Positions 28,953 to 38,861 of a stretch of DNA of 64,000 nucleotides are shown here, piece after piece (the first letter of the stretch is position 1; each line of letters begins with the position of its first letter). This DNA is from Tepidisphaera sp. (GTDB taxonomy: Bacteria; Planctomycetota; Phycisphaerae; Phycisphaerales; UBA1924). Location: positions 576,001 through 640,000 of the forward strand of contig CP051526.1 of NCBI GenBank assembly GCA_050916045.1, given 5' to 3'. The translations under genes were made by a program, and so were the position numbers. The notes under the pieces are model-generated. The model was not told the origin of the DNA and searched no databases. It was given only the letters and a program-made list of their open reading frames with translations.

Positions 28953-29743
28953 GCCCCAACGAAGCCGCCAAGAACTTCCAGGCTCTCCTGCGCAAGCTCC
29001 GCGTCAAGCTCGACGCGGATGAGCAGGCTCAGGCGGCCCCCGCCGGGGAGTCCACGGATGAGCTTCGGCTCGCGCGTGCGCGTGAGGCGCTGGATCATCT
29101 CGTTCACTCGTTCATGCTTTGGGAAGCGACGCAGACGCAGGCCAAAGCAGCGGTCCGCAGGCTTCAGGACGCTTTCGTCGACGCCAACGAGCTCCGCATC
29201 GCGTTGCCGCACGAGACTGCCCGCATCGTGGGTGAACGCTACCCGCTCGCCGCGGAACGCTGCGTCCGGCTGAAAGCGACGCTCCAGGATCTGTACCGAC
29301 GCGAGCACACCCTCTCGCTCCAGTCGCTGATCGACGCTCCCAAACGCGAAGCCCGCGCGTTCCTCGAATCCCTCGACGGCATGCCGCCGTTTGTTTCGGC
29401 CCGCCTGTTTGTCATCTCCCTGGCCGGCCACGCCGCTCCGGCGGATTGGAAGCTCGTCGACCTGCTCGTCGCTCACAAAGCCATCCCCGCCGATCACGCC
29501 GACCCCGCCGCCGCTTCCGCCTGGTTGGAACGTCAGTTCCGGTCCGGCGACGCACCCGCGGTTCTCGCGGCCCTTCAAGCCTGGTCCGATGAGCATGGCG
29601 AGTCGCCCAAGTTCGACCGCTCGATCGCGACCGGGCCCACCCTGACCAAGGAACTCGCCGTCTGCGAGAAGCCTCGCAAGCGGCCGGTCAAGAAATCGGG
29701 AAAGCGCCCGGCGGACCGTTCGACCAAGCCCAAGCCCAGATAG
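28949..29743 (+). CDS. Hypothetical protein, degenerate endonuclease III/HhH-GPD-like fold
   Basis: FVDANELRI, L.L..L...KREARAFLESLDGM..FVSA...SLAGHAAPAD resembles the HhH-GPD core; no FeS cysteines; basic tail. Confidence 0.5.
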   Translation: MSPNEAAKNFQALLRKLRVKLDADEQAQAAPAGESTDELRLARAREALDHLVHSFMLWEATQTQAKAAVRRLQDAFVDANELRIALPHETARIVGERYPLAAERCVRLKATLQDLYRREHTLSLQSLIDAPKREARAFLESLDGMPPFVSARLFVISLAGHAAPADWKLVDLLVAHKAIPADHADPAAASAWLERQFRSGDAPAVLAALQAWSDEHGESPKFDRSIATGPTLTKELAVCEKPRKRPVKKSGKRPADRSTKPKPR

Positions 29744-29794
29744 AGGCGGTACGATCCGCCGAGTCCGCCTTCTTCCGCCACCGCGAGGCTTGCG

Positions 29795-32700
29795 ATGTCG
29801 CCATCGACGTTTGTGCTTTTTCTTGTCGTTCACGCCGGGACGGCGGCCGGGCTTACGGTCGAAGCCGGCGCGCCGGCCGAGGCTCTGACGGCCGTGGCCG
29901 GGCTCGCCGATCCGCTTTCGGACCTCCGGGCCAGGGCCGAGCTTGAGCGCACAAACCCGAACCAGGCCGCCCGGGCGCTGCCGCCCCCTCCCGGCATCGA
30001 CGCCGCCGCGGTCGCGCAGCTTGGCGACGCCGAGCGCGCGCCCACCGCTCCTGCGGGAATGAGCCTGGCGTCGGTTCTCGAAGCGATTGCGGCCAAGGGC
30101 CCGCCCGCTTCTCTCATGCCGATCCAGACGCCGAAGCCCGACGCGGAATCCGAAGCGGAGGCTTCCAAGCTCTACGCGTCGGCACGGATGCAGCGGCTCG
30201 ACGGCAAGCACGCCGATGCGCTCGCTTCGCTCCAGGAAGCCGCGAAGATCGACCCCTCCAGCCCGGCGATCTGGCGCGAGATCGCCGAGTGCCAGAACTC
30301 GCTCGGCCGCCGCGCCGCTTCCCTCTCCGCGATGCAGCAAGCCGTCCGCCGTGGCCTTCGCGATGCTGGCGTGTGGTCGTTTCTCGGTCGCGAAGCCGGC
30401 CGCGGCCTTCGCACCGACGAGGCGCTCTGGCTTCTCGCCGGCGCTTCGAAGCTGCTCGACCGGGAAGCGCCGGCTTCCGCCGTCAACGACCTGTACCTCG
30501 CGGAGGCCATGGACCGCGCCGGATACGCCGGCGCGGCGGGTGAGCTTCTCGCGCGCGGTCTTGGGTCCAAAGCCCTCGCCGCCGAGAACGCGCGCATGAT
30601 CCCGGAGGTCGCCGAGACGCTCCGTCGCCGCGGCGAGCTCTGGCTCCGCGCGGGGGACCTGGCGATGAGGCTGGGCCGCGTCGAGGACGCCGCGGTCGCG
30701 TACGAAGCGGCAGCGGGGGAGACGTCGGCGGATTCCGGCGCCCTCGCGGTCCGACGCGTGTATGCCTCCGTGCGATCGGGGCGGCCCGCGCAGGCCGCGC
30801 TGGCGCTCGTCGACAAGCTCAAGTCCGGCGCGGGGTTCGAAGACCGCGAACTCGGCGTCGTGCGGTACCTCGCGGACCGGACGGATGTCGGCCCGGCGCT
30901 CTCGGCCGCGATCGCGCAGACCCTCGGCGATCGAGCGACCACGCCCAGCGCCCGGAGCAGGCTCGCCCGCGCGCGTGCGGCCGCACTGCCCGTCGCGGCG
31001 CGGCGTTCGGCGCTGATCGAGCATCTTTCCACGAATCCGTCGGATCGGCGTGCGGCGGCGGACCTGCTGGACAGCTTCGGACCCGAGCAGTCGAGCGAGC
31101 GGGATCGGGCGCTGGTCATGCTGGTCGAGAAGCGTCCCGAGTCGGCGGACGTGTGCGCCGCCCTGCTCCTGGCCGAGGGTCGCGGCGTCGTCTCCGCCGC
31201 AGATTCGCTGGCCCGGCGGGATGATCCGGCTTCCGCCCTCCTCGCCGCGTACCTGCGCATCGCGATGGGCAAGCCCGTGGATGCGCTGTCGCTGCTCAAG
31301 CCCGAGCGCGTGCCCGAAGCCGTGCGGGCGGCGGTTCACGCGGCCCGGGCGGATCTCGCGGGAATGTCCGGCGATTACCAGGCCGCCAAAGCCGCGCTCA
31401 AAGCCCTCGAGTCCATGCCCATCGAGACCACGCGATTCGCGCGGGCCCGGGCTCTGAGCGCCCTTCAGCGGCACGCCGAAGCGTTCGAAATCGTCAAGAC
31501 ACTCGCCGAGACGCCCTCCGTCGACGACCGGCTTCTGGTCGCGGGGTTCGCGCTCCGCGCGGGCGACCTGTCCGCGGGCGAGAGAATCCTCGCCGCCGTC
31601 GCCGAAGAAGACCCGCAGGATGAGCGTGCGGCCGAGGTTCTGCTCAAGCTCTATTCCCGCGGCGAGAAAGCCGACCAGCGGCAGCTCGCGGCGCTCGTAC
31701 AGCGCCTTCGCGAGAAGGTGTCGTCAAGCCGGGTGCTTCGGTGGGCCGTCGCCATGGAACTCGTCCAACGTGGACAGTTCGCCGCCGCCGAGCAGTCGCT
31801 GATGGGCCTGGCCGAGGAGGACGCTTCGAGCGTCGGCCTGCTGGATGCGCTCGCGACGGTCTGGACGCGCGGTGGAGCGGCATCGCTCGAACGCGGCGAG
31901 GCTTGGCTTCGGGCGAGGCTTGCGGACGCGCCGGAGTCTGTCGAGGCGCTGGCGGCGCTCGCTCAGGTTGTCGCGGCCCGCGGCAAGGCGGATGACGCGA
32001 TCGCCATGCTCCGCTCCCGGATCGAGATCGCGCCCGTCGATCGCCTTCGCCGGCTGGTCGAGGTCCTGACCGCAGAAATGGGCAAGCCCGAAGACGCCCG
32101 CGCGATGGCGATCGCCCGGCTTAGCCCGCTCCCGCGCACGATTGACTCCTCCATCGCGCTCACCGATGCGCTCGTCGCGGCGGGGCGAGCATCCGAGGTG
32201 GAAGCCGTGCTCGCGGATCTTCCGACGGACGTGCCGCTCACGGCTGAGCAGAAGCAGGGGTTCACGCGCGTCGTGGCCCAACTGATCGAAGCCGACATGG
32301 ACGCGGTGATCGCGGGCAAGCCGCCCAGCTCGGCCTCGGTGATCGCCAGGCTCGCGGGGCTTGGCATCGAGCCCGGGCCCGCCGTGCGCGAGTCGGCGCT
32401 GATCATCCTCTCGGTCTCGGAGCCGCCGGACCTCGCACGCATCGGCACCGAGTTCGAAGCATTCACCGAGGGGCAGGTGGCGAAGGAACGACTCGCGATC
32501 GCCCGGCTTCTCCAGAAGCTGCTGGCCTCGAAAAAGCCCTCTTCGGTTCTCGCGCTGGTCGAGGGTGTCTGCACGCACAAGATCAGCAAGGGCGTCGAGC
32601 CCGAGGATGAGCTTCTCCGCATCCTCTGCGTCTCCGTCGGCCAGTTCGGAGCCGGCGCCGACCTCCGGCGGCTCCTCCCGATCGTCACCAAGCCCGGCCG

Positions 32701-33388
32701 CGTCGGTCGCATTCTGGACACGATGGCTCTTGATGCCGAGCCCGTGCCGCCCCCGCCCAAACAGGCCGGAATGCTCGCGTACCGCATCGCGGGGATCGCC
32801 TCCAGCAAGGAGCGGTACACGCAAGCGGCGGAGCTTTACGAGATCTCGCTCGAACTCGACCCCGACCACGCGATCGCGATGAACGACTACGGGTACATGC
32901 TTCTCGAGCACGCGCCGGTCGACACCGCCGAACGCCGCGACAAGATCGAGAAGCTCCTCGAGAAGGCCTATCAGGCCGACCCGACGAGCTACAACATCGT
33001 CGATTCCCTCGGCTGGCTCCGGTACCTCCAGGGCCGCCTTGAGGACGATGCGAACAAGGGGGCCATCGAGGGCGCGGGAGCACTTTCGCTTCTTCGCCGC
33101 GCGTTCGAGCTTCAGCAGCGCGAGGAGGATTTCTCGCTTGATCCCTTCATCGTCGACCACCTCGGCGATGCCCTCTGGGTTTCGGGCGACAAGGAGAAAG
33201 CCGCCGCGTGCTGGCAGCAGGCCGAGACCAAAGCGACGACGCTGATGCGGGCCCGCGCGGATAACCTCGCCGACGACGGGTACGGCAAGATGCTCAAGAA
33301 GGCGCTCGAAACCGCCGCGGCCAAGCGCACGGCCGCAAGGGAAGGCAAGGAGCCCGCGATCGCACCGCGGTGGTCCCCGATCAAGTGA
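29795..33388 (+). CDS. Large exported TPR-repeat protein
   Basis: Ala/Leu-rich helical repeats; C-terminal ISLELDPDHAIAMNDYGYML...DSLGWLRY...HLGDALW TPR pattern. Confidence 0.82.
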   Translation: MSPSTFVLFLVVHAGTAAGLTVEAGAPAEALTAVAGLADPLSDLRARAELERTNPNQAARALPPPPGIDAAAVAQLGDAERAPTAPAGMSLASVLEAIAAKGPPASLMPIQTPKPDAESEAEASKLYASARMQRLDGKHADALASLQEAAKIDPSSPAIWREIAECQNSLGRRAASLSAMQQAVRRGLRDAGVWSFLGREAGRGLRTDEALWLLAGASKLLDREAPASAVNDLYLAEAMDRAGYAGAAGELLARGLGSKALAAENARMIPEVAETLRRRGELWLRAGDLAMRLGRVEDAAVAYEAAAGETSADSGALAVRRVYASVRSGRPAQAALALVDKLKSGAGFEDRELGVVRYLADRTDVGPALSAAIAQTLGDRATTPSARSRLARARAAALPVAARRSALIEHLSTNPSDRRAAADLLDSFGPEQSSERDRALVMLVEKRPESADVCAALLLAEGRGVVSAADSLARRDDPASALLAAYLRIAMGKPVDALSLLKPERVPEAVRAAVHAARADLAGMSGDYQAAKAALKALESMPIETTRFARARALSALQRHAEAFEIVKTLAETPSVDDRLLVAGFALRAGDLSAGERILAAVAEEDPQDERAAEVLLKLYSRGEKADQRQLAALVQRLREKVSSSRVLRWAVAMELVQRGQFAAAEQSLMGLAEEDASSVGLLDALATVWTRGGAASLERGEAWLRARLADAPESVEALAALAQVVAARGKADDAIAMLRSRIEIAPVDRLRRLVEVLTAEMGKPEDARAMAIARLSPLPRTIDSSIALTDALVAAGRASEVEAVLADLPTDVPLTAEQKQGFTRVVAQLIEADMDAVIAGKPPSSASVIARLAGLGIEPGPAVRESALIILSVSEPPDLARIGTEFEAFTEGQVAKERLAIARLLQKLLASKKPSSVLALVEGVCTHKISKGVEPEDELLRILCVSVGQFGAGADLRRLLPIVTKPGRVGRILDTMALDAEPVPPPPKQAGMLAYRIAGIASSKERYTQAAELYEISLELDPDHAIAMNDYGYMLLEHAPVDTAERRDKIEKLLEKAYQADPTSYNIVDSLGWLRYLQGRLEDDANKGAIEGAGALSLLRRAFELQQREEDFSLDPFIVDHLGDALWVSGDKEKAAACWQQAETKATTLMRARADNLADDGYGKMLKKALETAAAKRTAAREGKEPAIAPRWSPIK

Positions 33389-33401
33389 CGGAGGTTCTGC
33401 G

Positions 33402-34142
33402 TTGGCCGGCCACAATAAATGGAGCAAAATCAAGCACCGCAAAGCCGTCGTCGACAAGCGTCGCGGCAAGGTGTGGACCAAGGTCGCCAAAGCCATGATG
33501 GTCGCCGCTCGCCACGGCGGGCCCGACCCCGCTTTCAACCTCTCGCTCCGCTACGCCATCGACGAAGCCCGATACGCCAACATGCCCCGCGACGTCATCG
33601 AACGCGCGATCAAGAAGGGCGCCGGCGGCGACGACCAAAGCCACTTTGAGACCATCCGCTACGAGGGCTACGCCCCCGGCGGCATCGCGATCGTCGTCGA
33701 CGCCCTCACCGACAACAAAGCACGCACCGCAGGCGACGTCCGCAACGCGTTCGCGAAAGCCGGCGGCAACCTCGGCACCTCGGGCTGCGTCGGATATATG
33801 TTCGCTCAGAAGGGCACGATCGTCGTCAAGCCTGAGGGCGTCGACGGTGAGAAGCTCTTCGCGCTCGCGGTCGAAGCCGGTGCGGACGACGTTCAGGAGC
33901 CCCCGCCCGCGGATGACGACGAACGCGGCCCGTGGATCGTGCTCACGGACATCCCGAGCTTTCTCAAGGTGAAAGATTCGATCGAAACCGCGAAGTACAC
34001 CATCGAGGGCGCCGCGATCGAGATGATTCCAGGCGACAAGGTCGCAGTCCCCGAGCAGCACGCGGAAGCCCTCGCGGGCCTGATCGAAGAGCTCGAAGAG
34101 CTCGACGACGTGCAGAAGGTCTACACCAACGCGGAGGATTGA
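33402..34142 (+). CDS. yebC: YebC/PmpR (TACO1) family protein
   Basis: TTG start after GGAGG; AGHNKWSKIKHRK, YEGYAPGG, TDNKART, LEELDDVQKVYTN. Confidence 0.96.
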   Translation: MAGHNKWSKIKHRKAVVDKRRGKVWTKVAKAMMVAARHGGPDPAFNLSLRYAIDEARYANMPRDVIERAIKKGAGGDDQSHFETIRYEGYAPGGIAIVVDALTDNKARTAGDVRNAFAKAGGNLGTSGCVGYMFAQKGTIVVKPEGVDGEKLFALAVEAGADDVQEPPPADDDERGPWIVLTDIPSFLKVKDSIETAKYTIEGAAIEMIPGDKVAVPEQHAEALAGLIEELEELDDVQKVYTNAED

Positions 34143-34876
34143 GCCGGCTTGGCCGCCGCCGGTCCCGGTCCGCATTCGGGGCACAGCCCATCCGCCAGTC
34201 CGCTCAAGCTGTACCCGCAACCGATGCACCGATTTCCGGCCGCGCGATGGCGGCGAATCCACCAGCTCGCGAGCACCGGGCCCGAGATCGGAATCGAGAG
34301 GATCAGCGTCGACGAGGCGAAGCCCGCCCACGCCGGCTTCGTGGGAAGGTACTTGGGAAACGCCAATCGCGTTCCGGGCGGAGTTGGAATCCTGATGCCT
34401 TCAACACGTCGCAGTTCAGGCTCGTGATGGGTGGTCGCGATCGACCTCCCGACAAGCGTCGTCCAAGGCCAGCCGCAGCCGCGCTCCTCGATGATCAAGG
34501 ATGTTCCATTGTTCGCCGTATCCCTATTCCAATCGCCTTCGAGCGGAGTTGCGAGGGACCAGCTCGGAAGATGCTCCTGGTTCAAGTCGAGCGTCGCTCC
34601 CTGGGGAAGTTTGAGGCTGCTTCCAGGCCACGGATAGAAGAGCACCCGGTGCACGCCGAACGACAGACGGATGCTGTTGAATCCGATGATGTCCCCTTGA
34701 TACATCGCGGGCCCGTTGCGAGCGCTCGTTCCCGCACGGGGGAATTCCGGCGAGAACCATGCGCACGCCCAGGCGATGGCGACCGTCAGCAACGCTCCCG
34801 CCGCCAGCGAAACAAGCAGCCATCGCACCAAGCCGCGTGGACGCGTATTTCGAAGTTGCGGAGGAACGTCGGGCAT
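34121..34876 (-). CDS. Membrane protein with C-terminal zinc ribbon
   Basis: Start reassigned to ATG 34876; N-terminal TM (WLLVSLAAGALLTVAIAWACAW), GWP motif, second TM, CIGCGYSLSGL...CPECG. Confidence 0.7.
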   Translation of the reverse strand: MPDVPPQLRNTRPRGLVRWLLVSLAAGALLTVAIAWACAWFSPEFPRAGTSARNGPAMYQGDIIGFNSIRLSFGVHRVLFYPWPGSSLKLPQGATLDLNQEHLPSWSLATPLEGDWNRDTANNGTSLIIEERGCGWPWTTLVGRSIATTHHEPELRRVEGIRIPTPPGTRLAFPKYLPTKPAWAGFASSTLILSIPISGPVLASWWIRRHRAAGNRCIGCGYSLSGLADGLCPECGPGPAAAKPAQSSALV

Positions 34877-34881
34877 CCGTC

Positions 34882-36018
34882 TCACCGTTCCTTCGTCGTC
34901 TTCTCGTCGAAGGCCTTCAGAGCTTCCTCGCACGTCTTGACCATGTCCGACTGCTTCAGATCCTGCGCGGCTTTGAGCGCCGCTTTCCACTCGATCGCGG
35001 CGTTCTCCGCTTTCGCGATCGCGACGCACGCTTTCACGTATTCCTTGTTGTCGCCGCACGCCCAGTAGCAGTTGAGCGCGATCCGCCGGGCTTTCCTGCG
35101 GTCCTTGTGATACTGCGATTTCTCGTCGGTCGCGGTGGCGATGGGCATGAGCGTCTGGGCGGCTTCGACGAAGAGGCGGCATTCCATCAGGCTCGCCGCG
35201 AGCCAGAACCGATGCTCGGGCGTGTTGGGCGTGTCGTGAAGCTCGACGACGCGCCGCCAGAGCTTGGACGCTTCCTCGTGAGCGCCGATCGCGGTCGCTT
35301 TCGCGGCGGCGTCGCGGAGGACGCTCAGTTCCTTGCCCTTGAGCGCATCGGCGGTCGCGAAGATCGGCTCGGCGATCGAGATGCCGTTGGGCTCGATGAC
35401 CTGGTTCTTTCCGTCGACGTGCACGAGCACGGTGTAGCCCGGCCGGATGAACCCGGCGTTGTGGCCCAGGCCGCCGGTGTCGCCCGGCCTGGGCTCGCGG
35501 ATGTTCCACGTGATGCTGATCGTGTCGCCGGTCTTGAGTTTGTCCTGCTCGGTCAGGCGCGACTGCTCGAGGGCTTTTTCGAGCTTCTCGCGTTCGGCGG
35601 CTTTCTGTTTCTCGGCTTCGGACTGAGCTTCCTCTTCCTTCGTGCGTTCTTTGAGCTTGTCGTCCTTGAGGCTTGGGGTCTTGGACTTCTCGGCGGCTTT
35701 CTGCTTGGCCTGCTCGCGTGCTTTCCGCCGGTCGTCGGCAGCTTTGCGCCGGTCCTTGGGGGTCTGCTCCACCTTGTGGATTCGGAGGTCCGCTTTCCCC
35801 ACGGTGTCGCGGCCGTGCTTGGTCGTCCAGACCTCGGTGACGGTCGCGACCACCACCAGCGAAGCGTCGTCGCGAAGGTCCTGAGCGGAGAGGGGCTCGG
35901 CGGCGGTCAGCGGCGCGGGGCCGTTCAGCGCGGACGCGGGCGAAGCCGCGCCGGCGAACGCGGCGACAAACAGCAGAGCGGACCCCAGACGCGAGCGGAA
36001 ATCGGTACCAAGACGCAT
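34882..36018 (-). CDS. Secreted hypothetical protein with Lys/Glu-rich linker and helical C-terminus
   Basis: AGGAGG before ATG 36018; signal peptide; charged low-complexity segment. Confidence 0.7.
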   Translation of the reverse strand: MRLGTDFRSRLGSALLFVAAFAGAASPASALNGPAPLTAAEPLSAQDLRDDASLVVVATVTEVWTTKHGRDTVGKADLRIHKVEQTPKDRRKAADDRRKAREQAKQKAAEKSKTPSLKDDKLKERTKEEEAQSEAEKQKAAEREKLEKALEQSRLTEQDKLKTGDTISITWNIREPRPGDTGGLGHNAGFIRPGYTVLVHVDGKNQVIEPNGISIAEPIFATADALKGKELSVLRDAAAKATAIGAHEEASKLWRRVVELHDTPNTPEHRFWLAASLMECRLFVEAAQTLMPIATATDEKSQYHKDRRKARRIALNCYWACGDNKEYVKACVAIAKAENAAIEWKAALKAAQDLKQSDMVKTCEEALKAFDEKTTKER

Positions 36019-36073
36019 GCGAAGCCTCCTTGAGCTCGCAGGAGGGTACACGGGTCTGCGAGGCGCAACAAGA

Positions 36074-36099
36074 AAGCCCGCGGCGAGGGCCGCGGGCTT
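36074..36099 (-). terminator. Intrinsic terminator of gapA
   Basis: 11-bp stem AAGCCCGCGGC/GCCGCGGGCTT, 4-nt loop, followed by TCTTGTT on the minus strand, just 3' of the gapA stop. Confidence 0.75.
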
Positions 36100-36126
36100 G
36101 TTCAGTGGCTCAGGATACGGGTTCGC

Positions 36127-37167
36127 TTACTTCACGCCGTCTTTGCTCGCGATGTACCGGATGAGGTCGACGCAGCGGGCGGCGTACCCGGCTTCGTTGT
36201 CGTACCAGCTGACGACCTTGAAGAACCGCTTGTTGAGCTCGATGCACGCGCCCGAGTCGTAGATGCTGCTGCGGCGGTCGCCGATGAAGTCGCTGCTGAC
36301 GACCTCTTCGTCGGTGTAGCCGAGGATGCCCTTCATCGAGCCTTCGCTGGCGGCTTTCACCGCGGCGTGGATGTCGGCGAGGGTCGTGTCCTTCGCGGTG
36401 CGGAAGGTGAGGTCGACGCAGGACACGTCGGCCGTGGGGACGCGGAAGGACATGCCGGTGAGCTTGCCCTTGAGCGCGGGGATCGCGAGGGCGACGGCTT
36501 TGGCCGCGCCGGTGGAAGCCGGGATGATGTTCTGGTACGCGTTGCGGCCGCCGCGCCAGTCCTTCTTGGAGGGGCCGTCCTGGGTCGGCTGGGTCGCGGT
36601 GACGGCGTGGACCGTCGTCATGAGGCCCTCATCGAGGCCGAAGGTGTCGTTGATCACCTTGGCGACGGGAGCGAGGCAGTTGGTCGTGCACGAAGCGTTG
36701 CTGACGACCGTGTGCTTGGAGCCGTCGAAGTTCTCGTGGTTGACGCCCATGACGAGCGTGGGCACCTGGGCCGCGTCGCTCTTGGTCGGAGCGGAGATGA
36801 TGGTGCGCTTGGCGCCGGCGGACACGTGAAGGTTGGCTTTCTCGAACTCGGTGAAGAGACCGGTCGACTCGAGGACGTAGTGGACGCCCAGGTCCTTCCA
36901 CGGGAGCTTGCCGGGGTCCTTCTCGGCCATGGTCTTGGTGGTCTTGCCGTTGACGGTGAAGCTCGTCTCGGTGGCGGAGGTCGTCACCGGCTTGCCGCCG
37001 AGGGTGTAGACGCGGTGCATCGTGTCGTGGCGGAGGAGGTACGCGAGGTTGTCGGCGGGGACGAGGTCGTTGACGGCGACGATCTCGATGTTGGTGTCCT
37101 CGGACGCGATGCGGTAGAAGAGGCGGCCGATGCGTCCGAACCCGTTGATGCCGATGCGGATGGTCAT
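36127..37167 (-). CDS. gapA: Type I glyceraldehyde-3-phosphate dehydrogenase
   Basis: [45 protein letters not shown]; start reassigned to ATG 37167. Confidence 0.98.
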   Translation of the reverse strand: MTIRIGINGFGRIGRLFYRIASEDTNIEIVAVNDLVPADNLAYLLRHDTMHRVYTLGGKPVTTSATETSFTVNGKTTKTMAEKDPGKLPWKDLGVHYVLESTGLFTEFEKANLHVSAGAKRTIISAPTKSDAAQVPTLVMGVNHENFDGSKHTVVSNASCTTNCLAPVAKVINDTFGLDEGLMTTVHAVTATQPTQDGPSKKDWRGGRNAYQNIIPASTGAAKAVALAIPALKGKLTGMSFRVPTADVSCVDLTFRTAKDTTLADIHAAVKAASEGSMKGILGYTDEEVVSSDFIGDRRSSIYDSGACIELNKRFFKVVSWYDNEAGYAARCVDLIRYIASKDGVK

Positions 37168-37506
37168 GGGGACGATTCCTTGCGGGAGGCGAAAAAGACG
37201 GAAAGCGGCGGGCACGCAACCCGACGCGATGGATGATAGGAGGGCGGCGGGATTTGGCCATCCTCGTGGAAGACCGAAACGGCTCTTGAAACCGTTTGAG
37301 GCGAGGATTTCAGGTGTCCTTTCCCGCATTTCCGCCCGCAAAGGAGGACTTTCCGATCAACGCACGGGAGTTGTTCGCACGGCATGGGGTGGGAACCCGT
37401 CACACTTCGGCGAGCTTGAAGGCCGCCGCCGACAAGCCCCGCCACCATGCGCGCCAGGGGACTTTCGCTCCGAGGACGAACGCCGGTTACCCCGTAGAAT
37501 CGTCAC

Positions 37507-38022
37507 ATGGCGGCTGGTCGTGCGCGAAAGCGGATCGGTTTTGCGGTCATCACCCTGAGTGTGGCCGCTCTTGCCATCGTCGTCGTCTCTCGATGGGTGG
37601 AGTTGCTGCGGATCAGCCCGGTGCCCGGCTGGCGGGCGGCGATCAGCGGTGGCGAGGTGCAGGTGGCCTATTGGCACTCGATGGGAACGCCCCGGGTTGC
37701 GCGTCCGCCTGGCTGGCACCTCGACTGGCGCAAACCTCCCAGAGGTCCGGGGCTGATCTCTACCGAAAAGGGGTCGATCCTGGGCGTCGTCGAGATCCGG
37801 CGACCCAACGGGTTTGGCCTTAGGGGCACGATCGTCACGGTCTATCCGGCGCTCCCCGCGGCGGCCGGGCTCGTCGCGGGCGCCGCGGCTTTGTGGTCGG
37901 CACGCAGGGCGGTGCAGCGATCGGGAGCGTGCTCTTCGTGCGGGTACGCGCTCGACGGACTTCCTGCGGGATCCGCTTGTCCCGAATGCGGCGGCCTCGG
38001 CGATCAGCGTCCGGCCCACTGA
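37507..38022 (+). CDS. Membrane protein with C-terminal zinc ribbon
   Basis: Two hydrophobic segments, then CSSCGYALDGL...CPECG. Confidence 0.7.
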   Translation: MAAGRARKRIGFAVITLSVAALAIVVVSRWVELLRISPVPGWRAAISGGEVQVAYWHSMGTPRVARPPGWHLDWRKPPRGPGLISTEKGSILGVVEIRRPNGFGLRGTIVTVYPALPAAAGLVAGAAALWSARRAVQRSGACSSCGYALDGLPAGSACPECGGLGDQRPAH

Positions 38023-38861
38023 TCGATCGCTTCCCCCATCGCGTCGGTCGTCGCCCGGATCGTCGTCGCCGTCAGGTGCGTCAGCGGATCGTCGATCAGC
38101 GCCACCGGCACCGTCGGCAATTCGGCGACAGGCTTCGCTTTGCCCGCTGGTTCGCCCGCTTTGCGGGGCAGGATCAGCAGGATCGCATCGGGCGCGATCC
38201 GCTTGAGATCCTCCGCATCAAGCGTGATGTACGCCGCGCCGCTCGTGATCGCGGGTGTCGCTCCCAGCGAAACCAGAATATCGTGGTGCACCGAACCCGG
38301 GCCCAAAGCCGCCGGCGGTGACAATCCCGCAAGCAGCAGCACACGCCCCGCCCGCTCCGCTCCAGGCCGGGGCCGCAGGGACGACTCCAGCGCCTTCTCC
38401 AACTCCGTGAGCCGTTCCGGCACCCCCGCACACCCCGCCGCTTCCGCGTCCGCCGCAAGCGACCGCGCCACGCCCACCACATCCGCGAGCGAAAGCGGGT
38501 TGTAGTCGCGGAGCGTCCATCCGCGGCTCTTCGCCATCTCGGTCAGCCTCGCCGGGACTCCCCCCGCTCCAAACTGCCCGATCACCAACGTCGGCTTTAC
38601 GCCCAACAGCCGCTCATAGTCCACATCCCCTACGCCATCGCCCACGATCGGCACCGACGCATCAAGCACCTGGTCCCACGCGTGCCGCCCCACGATCACC
38701 GGCCCTGCACCCAGATCCTTAAGCGTCGCCGCGAGCGCCGGGCTCAGCACCGCAAGCCTCGGTCCTGTCGACGCCGCCACCGGAGCTTTCCGCTCGCATC
38801 CCGCCGCCACTGAAACAAGCACAGCCGCGCACGCCGCGAGCATCCACCGCCGACGCATCAC
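38004..38861 (-). CDS. BtuF-like (cobalamin/iron-chelate) ABC substrate-binding lipoprotein
   Basis: AAGC lipobox-like site; RLAVLSPA...LGAG..IVGR, DYERLLGVKPTLV, E.L....PDAIL. Confidence 0.75.
   Translation of the reverse strand: MMRRRWMLAACAAVLVSVAAGCERKAPVAASTGPRLAVLSPALAATLKDLGAGPVIVGRHAWDQVLDASVPIVGDGVGDVDYERLLGVKPTLVIGQFGAGGVPARLTEMAKSRGWTLRDYNPLSLADVVGVARSLAADAEAAGCAGVPERLTELEKALESSLRPRPGAERAGRVLLLAGLSPPAALGPGSVHHDILVSLGATPAITSGAAYITLDAEDLKRIAPDAILLILPRKAGEPAGKAKPVAELPTVPVALIDDPLTHLTATTIRATTDAMGEAIDQWAGR

Noticed and set aside
34877..35509. N-terminal 211 aa of the 462-aa ORF 34121-35509
   Set aside because: Overlaps the 34882-36018 gene out of frame; the credible protein starts at ATG 34876.
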